From the NCBI GenBank assembly GCA_002269645.1, contig NIVC01003292.1, positions 1 to 64,000 of the forward strand: a DNA stretch of 64,000 nucleotides, given 5' to 3'. The position numbers and the translations under genes are program-made. Positions 47,501 to 59,455 of this stretch are shown in pieces (the first letter of the stretch is position 1; each line of letters starts with the position of its first letter). The DNA is from Macrostomum lignano (Eukaryota). The notes under the pieces were generated by a model that was given only the letters and a program-made list of their open reading frames with translations, had not been told where the DNA came from and did no database searches.

Positions 47501-50449
47501 TCATTGCAGTCCTTAATCCCAAATCTCAATCATTCCAATCCCTTAATCCCAAATCTCAATCATTCCAGTCCCTTAATCCCAAATCCCCATCATTGCAACC
47601 CTTAATCCCAAATCCTGATTATTACAGTCATTGATCTCAAATCCTGATTATTACAGTCATTGATCCCAAATCCTGATTATTACAGTCATTAATCCCAAAT
47701 CCCAATCATCCCAGTCCCTAATCCCAAATCCCTATTATTCCAGTCCCTAATCCCAAATCCCTATCATTCCAGTCCCTAATCCCAAATCCCTATCATTCCA
47801 ATCCTTAATCATAAATCCCTATTATTCCAGTCCCTAATCCCAAATCCCTATCACTCCAGTCCCTAATCCCAAATCCCTATCATTCCAATCCTTAATCATA
47901 AATCCCTATCATTCCAATACTTAATCCCAAATCCCAATCGTTGCAGTCCTTAATCCCAAATCCCAATAACCGAATTCTCAATCCTTATGTTCTATCCGTA
48001 ATCCCTAGTTTAAATCCCCAATTAAAAATCCCGCAGCGCCAGCAGCTGGAGGAGCACCGATCAACCGTAGACTTGGCTGCAGAATTCCACCAGATCGAGA
48101 CCCGCTCCAGCCGAGCCCAATGCCTGGTTGCTAAGCGACCACACAACGCCGTTCGCAACCGTTGCCAAGACGCTGTACCGTACGATCACAACCGGTTCGC
48201 GCTGTCAGGCACTGCCGATAACCCGGATGGTTACTACAACGCTTCCCAGGTGGAAGTGGCCTCCAACATTATCGGAGCGGATGCGCCATTATTCATAGCC
48301 GCCGAATCGCCGCGTCAGGATACGCGCGCCGATTTCTGGCGCCTAGCCTGGGAATCCGGCGCCAGAATCGTGGCCCAACTGTGCGGCCAAAGTGAAACCG
48401 CTCGCTATCATCCCGGCATTGAGAAGCCGACGCCTGGCGAAAAGCTGATCTGCGATGGAGCCTACGAAGTTCAATTAGTGAATTGCACTACATCTCCGGA
48501 CACGGACTATTCTATTGCCACTCTGGCGGTTAGGGAGCTGGCCACTGGTCGGGCCCGAACCATCTGGCTGTTTGTCTATCCGATTTGGACGCCTTGCCTG
48601 GTGCCGGCCAGCGCTTCACAGTTTCTTAGTGAGTTTCCCAGTGATGGGAATTCTCCCTTGAGATTCCGATATCAATGATGGGAATTCTCCCTTGAGATTC
48701 CGATATCAATGATGGAATTCTTTCTTGAGATTCCGATATCAATGATGGAAATTCTCCCTTGAGATTCCGATATCAATGATGGGAATTCTCCCTTGAGATT
48801 CCGATATCAATGATGGGAATTCTCCCTTGAGATTCCGATATCAATGATGGGAATTCCCCGCTTGAGATTCCGCTATCAATGTTGGGAACTCCCTTCTTGA
48901 GATTCCTTTATCAATCAATGATGGGAATTCCACACTTGAGATTCCACTATCAATGATGGAAATTCCACACTTGAGATTATGCTATCAATGATGGTAATTC
49001 CACACTTGAGATTCCTCTATCAATGTTGGGAATTCCGTTCTTAAAATTCCTCTATCAATTATGGGAATTCCACACTTGAGATTCCTCTATTAATGATGGG
49101 AATTCCACACTTGAGATTCCTCTATTAATTATGGGAATTCCACACTTGAGATTCCTCTATTAATTATGGGAATTCCACACTTGAGATTCCACTATCAATG
49201 ATGGAAATTCCACACTTGAGATTATGCTATCAATGATGGCAATTCCACACTTGAGATTCCACTGTCAATGATGGGAATTCCACACTTGAGATTCCACTAT
49301 TAATTATGGGAATTCCACACTTGAGATTCCACTGTCAATGATGGGAATTCCACACTTGAGATTCCACTATTAATTATGGGAATTCCACACTTGAGATTCC
49401 ACTGTCAATGATGGGAATTCCACACTTGAGATTCCTCTATCAATGATGGGAATTCCACACTTGAGATTCCTCTATCAAAGATGGGAATTCCACACTTGAG
49501 ATTCCTCTATTAATGATGGGAATTCCACACTTGAGATTCCACTGTCAATGATGGGAATTCCACACTTGAGATTCCTCTATTAATGATGGGAATTCCACAC
49601 TTGAGATTCCACTATTAATTATGGGAATTCCACACTTGAGATTCCACTGTCAATGATGGGAATTCCACACTTGAGATTCCTCTATCAATGATGGGAATTC
49701 CACACTTGAGATTCCTCTATCAATGATGGGAATTCCACACTTGAGATTCCTCTATCAATGATGGGAATTCCACACTTGAGATTCCTCTATCAATTATGGA
49801 AATTCCACACTTGAGATTCCTCTATCAATGATGGGAATTCTCCACTTGAGATTTCGCTATTAATGATGAGAATTCCCTGTGCTTATTCCGCTATAAATCA
49901 TGGGAATTCCCTTTTGAGATTCTGCTATCAATGACGGGAATTTTCCCTTTAAATCCCGCTATCAATGATGGGAATTCCCCGTTGAGATCTGGCTAGTAAT
50001 ATGGGAATTCCCCCTTAATAGTAATTATGGGAATCCTCGCTCTGAGATTTTGCTATCGATGATGGGAATTTGTAGAAATTCTCTCTGCGAGTTGGATAGG
50101 AATTCGATTTCCCTCATGAGATCGCGATAAATCGGTAACTAAAATTCCACTTTTTCTATTTGCAGTGTTCCTCGACGAGGTGGACTCGCTCCGCCGCCTA
50201 CTCCAATCCGAGGACTCCGGCAGTCGGCAGACGGTGCTGCTGCACTGCCCAGACGGTTCAGGACGCACAGGCCTGGCCATCTGTCTGCTGGTGTACAAGG
50301 CCTGTCTGCAGCACAACCAGTCCGTCAGTCTGTCAACCGTGCTCTGCTCGTTGCGCGGCCAGCGAATGAGTCTGGTGCAATCCTTGCAACAATACGAGTT
50401 CGTCTACGACGCCCTGATTCGCTCGTTGGATTCTACGCGACTTATTTAA
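37940..50449 (+). CDS. PTPN14: FERM-domain tyrosine phosphatase of the PTPN14/PTPN21 (Pez) family, about 1186 aa. Exons 37940-38283, 42533-42866, 43940-45154, 45940-46638, 47271-47363, 48037-48628, 50166-50449
   Basis: N-terminus MPGFRLKFQRKHRYDIS..YFGLQY..RWVNLSKPVKRQLDKY (FERM); YYLQLR..LAAY..Q.DFGD; linker with PPKY and STPDL; PTP domain RNRC.D..PYD..R, DFW, HC..G.GRTG and Q..QQYEFVY; C-terminal STRLI. All junctions are phase-consistent. Confidence 0.93.
38326..38596. repeat. 28/32-bp intronic repeat (ggccagcctcccagatcctcagttgctg), about 9 copies; one more partial unit at 42418
   Basis: Direct inspection. Confidence 0.95.
39500..41830 (-). mobile_element. Decayed EnSpm/CACTA-superfamily-like transposon in intron 1 of the FERM-PTP gene; ends not defined
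   Basis: Minus strand: NIDGLPLWKS, then (frameshift) EFWPIF..LYRGFGKP..LINE..L..VG, then ARAYFQCIASHT, matching the NIDGLP..WPI transposase family. ELISWLD..ILQYL..SDKELVRRI at 41003-41260 resembles the DUF4806-like partner ORF (inference). Confidence 0.75.
42900..43275 (+). mobile_element. tRNA-derived SINE, full-length copy with A-rich tail and 15-bp TSD
   Basis: A box TAGCCCAGCGG, B box GGCTCGATTCC, tail aataaaataaaaa, TSD AGATAAAAATGGCGG at 42885-42899 and 43276-43290. Confidence 0.92.
43340..43822. repeat. 37-bp intronic minisatellite (tctcagatccccttatattgggattcttaatcctatc), about 12 copies
   Basis: Direct inspection. Confidence 0.96.
45210..45870. repeat. 28-bp intronic degenerate repeat (gggtcattgaaggtcacattgatctagt)
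   Basis: Direct inspection. Confidence 0.93.
46760..47192. repeat. About 21-bp intronic repeat (gatcccgaatccccatcatcg)
   Basis: Direct inspection. Confidence 0.9.
47460..48030. repeat. 29-bp intronic repeat (cagtccctaatcccaaatccctatcattc)
   Basis: Direct inspection; runs up to the acceptor at 48036. Confidence 0.93.
48640..50040. repeat. 35-bp intronic minisatellite (atcaatgatgggaattccacacttgagattcctct), about 40 copies
   Basis: Starts immediately after the donor at 48629 and splits the PTP domain exons. Confidence 0.98.
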
Positions 50450-51334
50450 ACATTTCCTTTATTTAAAACTACTGTTTGATAGTTGCGTAATCAGTAGTAT
50501 CAAAAGAATGTATCGTTGCCTTAATAAGTATGCCATTGATTGTCACTTTAATCCGCTTTAGTCTTTCTCTTATTGTTGTCGGTTTCACTTTATTATAACA
50601 ATTTTTATTGCTCGTTTGTTTGTTTGTTTATTCTGTCACTGACAATCTGGCTGGACCAAATTTGAGATGCGTTTTATTTAAACTTGTCACGCAAAGATGT
50701 TTTTCGATACATATCGGTTAGTCTACAAAAATTTTAAAAATATTGTAGCGCCTTCGCTCAGTAATATATCAAAGCTATTTTTTATTAATTATTAATAATC
50801 TGTTCTATTTTTTACTTAGCGATCTCGAACCTATCTGTACCATCTCATTCGCTCTCTATAAATATCCCTTCAATATATATTATTTATAACAAATTTTATA
50901 TATCATTAAGTCCCCCCGTCACTCACTTTTGCTATTTGAAATTGGCATTTATGAATGCGTATCATTGTATGCTGTAAAATTTCTAATTTAGATAGTTTCA
51001 GTTGGGTTGCCCATATGCAATTGTGCAGATACTGACAGTAAGTAGACTATATAAGTAGTGTATTAGAATATTGTCGTTAAAATTTGTTATATTCGTTTAT
51101 TATTCTCTACTAACAAGCCGCTGCTAGTACTTAAATTTTTTAATGCGGCTCTTTATTTGCCTTCTCTTGTCACTGTTGCTCCCTTTTACTTACTGTTTTT
51201 TCTTTGAATGCGGTGGCTTTTCCTTGCTTAAAACAGTTAAGTTGTCCTCAATTTAGGACAAGTCTCCCTTGTCAAACAGATTTGTTTCTTTAATATCTTT
51301 CTGTCTGCCTCTTTCTAAAGCACCGTTTCTTTTG

Positions 51335-53400
51335 TGGCGCCTCCCCTGACTCACCTGAGGTGCCTCCCCTGACTCACCTGAGGCGCCTCCCCTGATTCAC
51401 CTGTGGCGCCTCCCCTGACTCACCTGAGGCGCCTCCCCTGACTCACCTGAGGCGCCTCCCCTGACTCACCTGAGGCGCCTCCCCTGGCTCACCTGAGGCG
51501 CCTCCCCTGACTCACCTGGGGCGCCTCCCCTGACTCACCTGAGGTGCCTCCCATGACTCACCTGAGGTGCCTCCCCTGACTCACCTGTGGCGCCTCCCCT
51601 GACTCACATTTTGCGCCTCCTTTGACTCACCTGTGGCGCCTCCCCTGACTCACCTCTGGCGCCTCCCCTTGACTCACCTGTGGCGCTTCCCCTGACTCAC
51701 CTGAGGCGCCTCCCCTGACTCACCTGAGGCGCCTCCCCTGACTCACCTGTGGCGCCTCCCCTGACTCACCTGTGGCGCCTCCCCTGACTCACATTTTGCG
51801 CCTCCTTTGACTCACCTGTGGCGCCTCCCCTGACTCACCTCTGGCGCCTCCCCTTGACTCACCTGTGGCGCCTCCCCTGACTCACCTGTGGCGCCTCCCC
51901 TGACTTACCTGAGGCGCCTCCCCTGACTCACCTGAGGCGCCTCCCCTGACTCACCTGAGGCGCCTCCCCTGACTCACCTGGGGCGCCTCCCCTGACTCAC
52001 CTGAGGTGCCTCCCATGACTCACCTGGGGCGCCTCCCCTGACTCACCTGAGGTGCCTCCCATGACTCACCTGAGGTGCCTCCCCTGACTCACCTGTGGCG
52101 CCTCCCCTGACTCACATTTTGCGCCTCCTTTGACTCACCTGTGGCGCTTCCCCTGACTCACCTGAGGCGCCTCCCCTGACTCACCTGAGGCGCCTCCCCT
52201 GACTCACCTGTGGCGCCTCCCCTGACTCACCTGAGGCGCCTCCCCTGATTCACCTGTGGCGCCTCCCCTGACTCACCTGTGGCGCCTCCCCTGACTTACC
52301 TGAGGCGCCTCCCCTGACTCACCTGAGGCGCCTCCCCTGACTCACCTGAGGCGCCTCCCCTGACTCACCTGAGGCGCCTCCCCTGACTCACCTGAGGCGC
52401 CTCCCCTGACTCACCTGGGGCGCCTCCCCTGACTCACCTGAGGCGCCTCCCCTGACTCACCTGGGGCGCCTCCCCTGACTCACCTGAGGTGCCTCCCATG
52501 ACTCACCTGAGGTGCCTCCCCTGACTCACCTGTGGCGCCTCCCCTGACTCACATTTTGCGCCTCCTTTGACTCACCTGTGGCGCCTCCCCTGACTCACCT
52601 CTGGCGCCTCCCCTTGACTCACCTGTGGCGCTTCCCCTGACTCACCTGAGGCGCCTCCCCTGACTCACCTGAGGCGCCTCCCCTGACTCACCTGTGGCGC
52701 CTCCCCTGACTCACCTGTGGCGCCTCCCCTGACTCACATTTTGCGCCTCCTTTGACTCACCTGTGGCGCCTCCCCTGACTCACCTCTGGCGCCTCCCCTT
52801 GACTCACCTGTGGCGCTTCCCCTGACTCACCTGAGGCGCCTCCCCTGACTCACCTGAGGCGCCTCCCCTGACTCACCTGTGGCGCCTCCCCTGACTCACC
52901 TGTGGCGCCTCCCCTGACTCACATTTTGCGCCTCCTTTGACTCACCTGTGGCGCCTCCCCTGACTCACCTCTGGCGCCTCCCCTTGACTCACCTGTGGCG
53001 CCTCCCCTGACTCACCTGTGGCGCCTCCCCTGACTTACCTGAGGCGCCTCCCCTGACTCACCTGAGGCGCCTCCCCTGACTCACCTGAGGCGCCTCCCCT
53101 GACTCACCTGGGGCGCCTCCCCTGACTCACCTGAGGTGCCTCCCATGACTCACCTGAGGTGCCTCCCCTGACTCACCTGTGGCGCCTCCCCTGACTCACA
53201 TTTTGCGCCTCCTTTGACTCACCTGTGGCGCCTCCCCTGACTCACCTCTGGCGCCTCCCCTTGACTCACCTGTGGCGCTTCCCCTGACTCACCTGAGGCG
53301 CCTCCCCTGACTCACCTGAGGCGCCTCCCCTGACTCACCTGTGGCGCCTCCCCTGACTCACATTTTGCGCCTCCCTTGACTCACCTGTGGCGCCTCCCTG
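51335..53400. repeat. 23-bp GC-rich satellite (ctgaggcgcctcccctgactcac), about 90 copies, with a 185-bp higher-order period
   Basis: The variant cattttgcgcctcctttg recurs at 51607/51792 and 52552/52737/52922. Confidence 0.99.
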
Positions 53401-54034
53401 AGCGTCTAATCCCATTTTAACCTCTGAGCTCCCACCAAAAGGTATCTATGTATTCTAAACTGGGTTTCAATAATCCAAAAGCTATCCTAGTTGTCTTTTA
53501 GTTTTCCCTACTTGACTCCTCAAGCTGTCTATCAGACTGAAAGTTTTAATTGGTTAAGAAGCTTCTTCTTTAATCAATCATCACAAAAACTTGTTCTATT
53601 GCTCTGCAATTTGAAAACTATTTCTCACCTCTATAAGAATCTGCGCGTTTTATTTTTTAATTTTAACTGCGGAGTTCGCCTGTAAATGACATGTGTTTTG
53701 CTAAGTGTACCACTTTGAAAACTGTGTTCCCTTTTATGTACTCGATGTATTGTTTATTATTCAATAAAATTTATTCGCTTTAATTCTAATGGAGACTGTA
53801 TTATACAGCACATATTAAATAGAGGCTCTCTTACTATTGCAATCTACTTGTGAACATGAAAATGCTTTTCAAATATTGCTTTTCAGTCTTTCTTCTAACG
53901 GCTTCTCGATCGGAACATGGCATGATCCCATTTCATGACGTATTTATGACCGCTTTAATACATCCATGACCAATTTGGGGGGGGGGGGGCGGGCACGTCA
54001 CCACTTCAATTTTAACCGTTTTGCCAAATCGATG

Positions 54035-55075
54035 ACCACTTCGGTGCACATAAGTGATAAATTTGAGACACATGAATGACCACTTTAAGACACATGTATG
54101 ACCACTTTAAGACACATGAATGACCACTTTAAGACAAGTATGACCACTTAGAAACACAAGTATGACCACTTTGGGACACATAAATGACCACTTTGAGACA
54201 CATGAATGACCACTTTACGACGGATTAATGACCACTTTAGGACGCATTAATGACCACTTTAGGACACATTAATGACCACTTTAGGACACATTAATGACCA
54301 CTTTAGGACACGTGAATGACCACTTTAAGACACGTGAATGACCACTTTAAGACACGCGAATGAACACTTTAAGACACATGCATGACCGCTTTAAGACACA
54401 TTAATGACCACTTTTAGACAAGTATGACCACTTAAAAACACAAGTGTGACCACTTTGGGACACAAATGACCACTTTGAGACACATGAATGACCACTTTAC
54501 GACGGATTAATGACCACTTTAGGACGCATTAATGACCACTTTAGGACACATTAATGACCACTTTAGAACACGTGAATGACCACTTTAAGACACGTGAATG
54601 AACACTTTAAGACACGCGAATGAACACTTTAAGACACATGCATGACCGCTTTAAGACACATTAATGACTACTTTTAGACAAGTATGACCACTTAAAACAC
54701 AAGTATGACCACTTTGGGACACAAATGACCACTTTGAGACACATGAATGACCACTTTACGACGGATTAAAATGACCACTTTAGGACGCATTAATGACCAC
54801 TTTAGGACAGATTAATGACCACTTTAGGACACATTAATGACCACTTTAGGACACGTGAATGACCACTTTAAGACACGTGAATGACCACTTTAGGACACAT
54901 TAATGACCACTTTAGGACACGTGAATGACCACTTTAAGACACATGAATGACCACTTTAAGACACGCGAATGAACACTTTAAGACACATGCATGCCCGCTT
55001 TAAGACACATTAATGACCACTTTTAGACACATTAATGACCACTTCAGTACACATTAATGACCACTTTAAGACACA
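54035..55075. repeat. 22-bp minisatellite (aatgaccactttaggacacatt), about 45 copies
   Basis: Direct inspection. Confidence 0.97.
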
Positions 55076-55740
55076 ATAATAACGTCCTAACACGTAAGTC
55101 GCACAAATGACTTTCGGACATGAGTGACTTTTCGGTCATGAGTCACATGTACTATTTACAGATACATAAATTAAAGTCCTTACTTGGCATTTGACTCAAT
55201 GCTCAATCCTATGCAGGACACATTGGCGGCTAATGCAGCTATAGATGATAATTTAACGGCCGCAGGAAAGGAAGTTTATTTTGCCAGTCGGACGGACAAT
55301 GGGATCTGGCAAAGTGTACATATCCATCCACCGCAGGGCAATTGTTTTGTTTTGTAAGTCTCGTTGTTAGGCACCCAATATAGTTCACTCCTTTCTACCT
55401 CCCCCACCTCTCCCTCTCATGGCCTTCAATTGTATCAGTTATTCTGCAAGAGGCACATACATGTACATTTTATGTGTGCATTTTTGTGTCTGAACCTCCA
55501 ATTAGGTTGGAAAGGATAGAATTCCTATTAGGGCTGCTTTTGAGTTGAGTTGAAAATGCCCTATAACAACTAGTAGGTACGATCGGTCATCCATGGCGCC
55601 TTACCTGCCAGTCCTTGCCACCCAGTCCTCAAATCGATGATCATTAAAACGCATAAAAGCAAACAGTTTTGCAGATTAGTTTTAAAGGCTGCAATATCAT
55701 CATTTTATTGAAAAGCAATACATATGCAAAGCCGCTCAAA

Positions 55741-57082
55741 ATGCAGGCCTCGTTAATTCTGCAGTTTCTGTGCTGCTGCATCGCCTTCCGCTTCTCGCTG
55801 GGCGCAGAATTCGGTCTGATTGGCTGTTTCAAGGACAACGAAACTCGAGACCTCTCCGGTTTAGTTGGCAAGCCCAATATCGGGCCCTACTCTGTGGTGG
55901 ATTCTGATCGTGTCGTATTTGGCTCATTGACTTTGGAGCAGTGCAGCGAAGTCTGCGCCTACGAAAATTTTGAGTACTTCGGCGTCCAGTTTGAAACTCA
56001 ATGCTATTGTGGAAACTCATATGGTCGCTTCGGAGCTGGCACTGGCTGCAACAAGACTTGCGCGGGCAATGCTGCCCAGATCTGCGGAGGGCTTTGGCAG
56101 AATTCTGTGTACCGGCAGGTCTACCTTCGTCCAGGTGGGATTAACGGAATTTAGAATGTTCCTGTCTGCGTGTTCTGCGTACTCTAGGTACATATCTAAA
56201 ACAGGACTAAATTCATGCATTTCCATTATTTTAAGAATCGTATTGTCAGCGCTCATTTTCGCGCCGCAGGCACTCATTTTAGCGCCACAGGCACTCATTT
56301 TGGCGCCGTAGGCACTCATTTTAGCGCCGCAGGCACTCATTTTAGCGCCACAGGCACTCATTTTAGCGCCACAGGCACTCATTTTGGCGCCATAGGCAAT
56401 CCTTTTAGTGCCACAGGCACTCATTTTAGCGCCACAGGCACTCATTTTGGCGCCATAGGCACTCATTTTGGCGCCGTGAGCGCTACATTTTGGCGCCCGA
56501 AGAAAAATTATTGATTACCACGAGTCACAAGGTGTGGTGGAGGGACAAAGCATTGGCATGTCCCCCCATAGCTTTTACTGGGTGGGAGACATGTCCCCCT
56601 GTCCCCCACCCCCAGTGGCAACGCGCCTGCCTAAAGATCATAAAAATGCATGGCACTGCTCGACTCATGGTTTCTTGAGTCCATTTTAACATAGAACCCA
56701 AATTTACTAAACGAAAAGCTTAATGAATATCAATAGAGCTACGCTCGTATAAGATCAAAATCAAAATCAACATCAAAATTGAACACTTCCTTTCTCCGTA
56801 GTGTCTCCTAAAATTTTCCATGGCTAACTATACTCTTGACCTTTTTTAGTCAGCAGCAAGAATTTCATACGGACAGACCGAATCTACCTGAACGTGACCT
56901 CCACCAGCGGGCCCTTCTATAGCACGGTGCAGCCCGTCAAAAGCCTAGCCGAGTGCCTGGTTCGCTGTGGCGCTGACTGTCAGGCCGTGCTGCTGCATCT
57001 GAACGCCTGCCACCTGCTGAGATTCCCCGTCCTGCCGCACGAGCTCGAGGCCAAAACTAGCGAATTTATCGTTCGCGTGTGA
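55741..57082 (+). CDS. Secreted WSC-domain + PAN/apple-like protein, about 199 aa. Exons 55741-56134, 56877-57082
   Basis: Hydrophobic leader; LIGCFKD..RDL, TLEQCSEVC..FEYFGVQFETQCYCGN and C..CAGNAAQICGG..SVY form a WSC domain; the second exon has ECLVRC..CQAV..C (PAN-like). Phase-1 junction; donor GTGGGA is weak. Confidence 0.85.
56250..56485. repeat. 21-bp intronic repeat (ggcactcattttagcgccaca), about 11 copies
   Basis: Direct inspection. Confidence 0.95.
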
Positions 57083-57134
57083 CCTGCCGGACACGAAATT
57101 TAATCGTTTGAAGTGCCGAAAATGTTCAGTAAAC

Positions 57135-59455
57135 ACCTTAAACATCATCTTATTGAAAACTCTGGTAATTTTTGTTTAACTGTGTGATTAAACACCATCT
57201 TATTGAAAACTACGATAATTTTTGTTTAACTGTGTGATTAAACACCATCTTATTGAAAACTAAGGTAAACCTTGTTTAACACTGTGATTTTAAACACCAT
57301 CTTATTGAAAACTACGGTAATCTTTGTTTAACTCTGTGATTTTAAACACCATCTTATTGAAAACTACGATAATTTTTGTTTAACTGTGTGATTAAACACC
57401 ATCTTATTGAAAACTCTGGTAATCTTTGTTTAACTCTGTGATTTTAAACACCATCTTATTGAAAACTACGGTAATCTTTGTTTAACTCTGTGATTTTAAA
57501 CACCATCTTATTGAAAACTCTGGTAAACCTTGTTTAACTCTGTGATTTTAAACACCATCTTATTGAAAACTACGGTAATCTTTGTTTAACTCTGTGATTT
57601 TAAACACCATCTTATTGAAAACTCTGGTAAACCTTGTTTAACACTGTGATTTTAAACACCATCTTATTGAAAACTACGGTAATCTTTGTTTAACTCTGTG
57701 ATTTTAGACACCATCTTATTGAAAACTCTGGTAAACCTTGTTTAACTCTGTGATTTTAAACACCATCTTATTGAAAACTACGATAATTTTTGTTTAACTG
57801 TGTGATTAAACACCATCTTATTGAAAACTCTGGTAAACCTTGTTTAACTCTGTGATTTTAAACACCATCTTATTGAAAACTACGGTAATCTTTGTTTAAC
57901 TCTGTGATTTTAAACACCATCTTATTGAAAACTCTGGTAAACCTTGTTTAACTCCGTGATTTTAAACACCATCTTATTGAAAACTACGGTAATCTTTGTT
58001 TAACTCTGTGATTTTAAACACCATCTTATTGAAAACTCTGGTAAACCTTGTTTAACTCCGTGATTTTAAACACCATCTTATTGAAAACTCTGGTAAACCT
58101 TGTTTAACTCTGTGATTTTAAACACCATCTTATTGAAAACTACGGTAATCTTTGTTTAACTGTGTGATTAAACACCATCTTATTGAAAACTAAGGTAATT
58201 TTTGTTTAACTTTGATTAAACACCACCCCATCTTATTGAAAACTACGATAATTTTTGTTTAACTGTGTGATTAAACACCATCTTATTGAAAACTCTGGTA
58301 AACCTTGTTTAACTCTGTGATTTTAAACACCATCTTATTGAAAACTAAGGTAATTTTTGTTTAACTTTGATTAAACACCACCCCATTGAAAACTACGATA
58401 ATTTTTGTTTAACTGTGTGGTTAAACACCATCTTATTGAAAACTACGGTAATCTTTGTTTAACTCTGTGATTTTAAACACCATCTTATTGAAAACTCTGG
58501 TAAACCTTGTTTAACTCCGTGATTTTAAACACCATCTTATTGAAAACTACGGTAATCTTTGTTTAACTCTGTGATTTTAAACACCATCTTATTGAAAACT
58601 CTGGTAAACCTTGTTTAACTCCGTGATTTTAAACACCATCTTATTGAAAACTCTGGTAAACCTTGCTTAACTCCGTGATTTTAAACACCATCTTATTGAA
58701 AACTACGGTAATCTTTGTTTAACTGTGTGATTAAACACCATCTTATTGAAAACTAAGGTAATTTTTGTTTAACTTTGATTAAACACCACCCCATCTTATT
58801 GAAAACTACGATAATTTTTGTTTAACTGTGTGATTAAACACCATCTTATTGAAAACTCTGGTAAACCTTGTTTAACTCTGTGATTTTAAACACCATCTTA
58901 TTGAAAACTAAGGTAATTTTTGTTAACCTTTGATTAAACACCACCCCATTGAAAACTACGATAATTTTTGTTTAACTGTGTGGTTAAACACCATCTTATT
59001 GAAAACTCTGGTAAACCTTGTTTAACTCTGTGATTTTAAACACCATCTTATTGAAAACTACGGTAATCTTTGTTTAAATCTGTGATTTTAAACACCATCT
59101 TATTGAAAACTCTGGTAAACCTTGTTTAACTCCGTGATTTTAAACACCATCTTATTGAAAACTACGGTAATCTTTGTTTAACTCTGTGATTTTAAACACC
59201 ATCTTATTGAAAAACTCTGGTAATTTTTGTTTAACTGTGTGATTAAACACCATCTTATTGAAAACTACGATAATTTTTGTTTAACTGTGTGATTAAACAC
59301 CATCTTATTGAAAACTAAGGTAAACCTTGTTTAACACTGTGATTTTAAACACCATCTTATTGAAAACTACGGTAATCTTTGTTTAACTCTGTGATTTTAA
59401 ACACCATCTTATTGAAAACTACGATAATTTTTGGTTAACTCCGCGATTAAACTCT
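57135..59455. repeat. 50-52-bp AT-rich satellite (aaacaccatcttattgaaaactacggtaatctttgtttaactctgtgatttt), about 44 copies
   Basis: Regular array with a few alternating variants, starting about 50 bp after the WSC gene stop. Confidence 0.99.
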
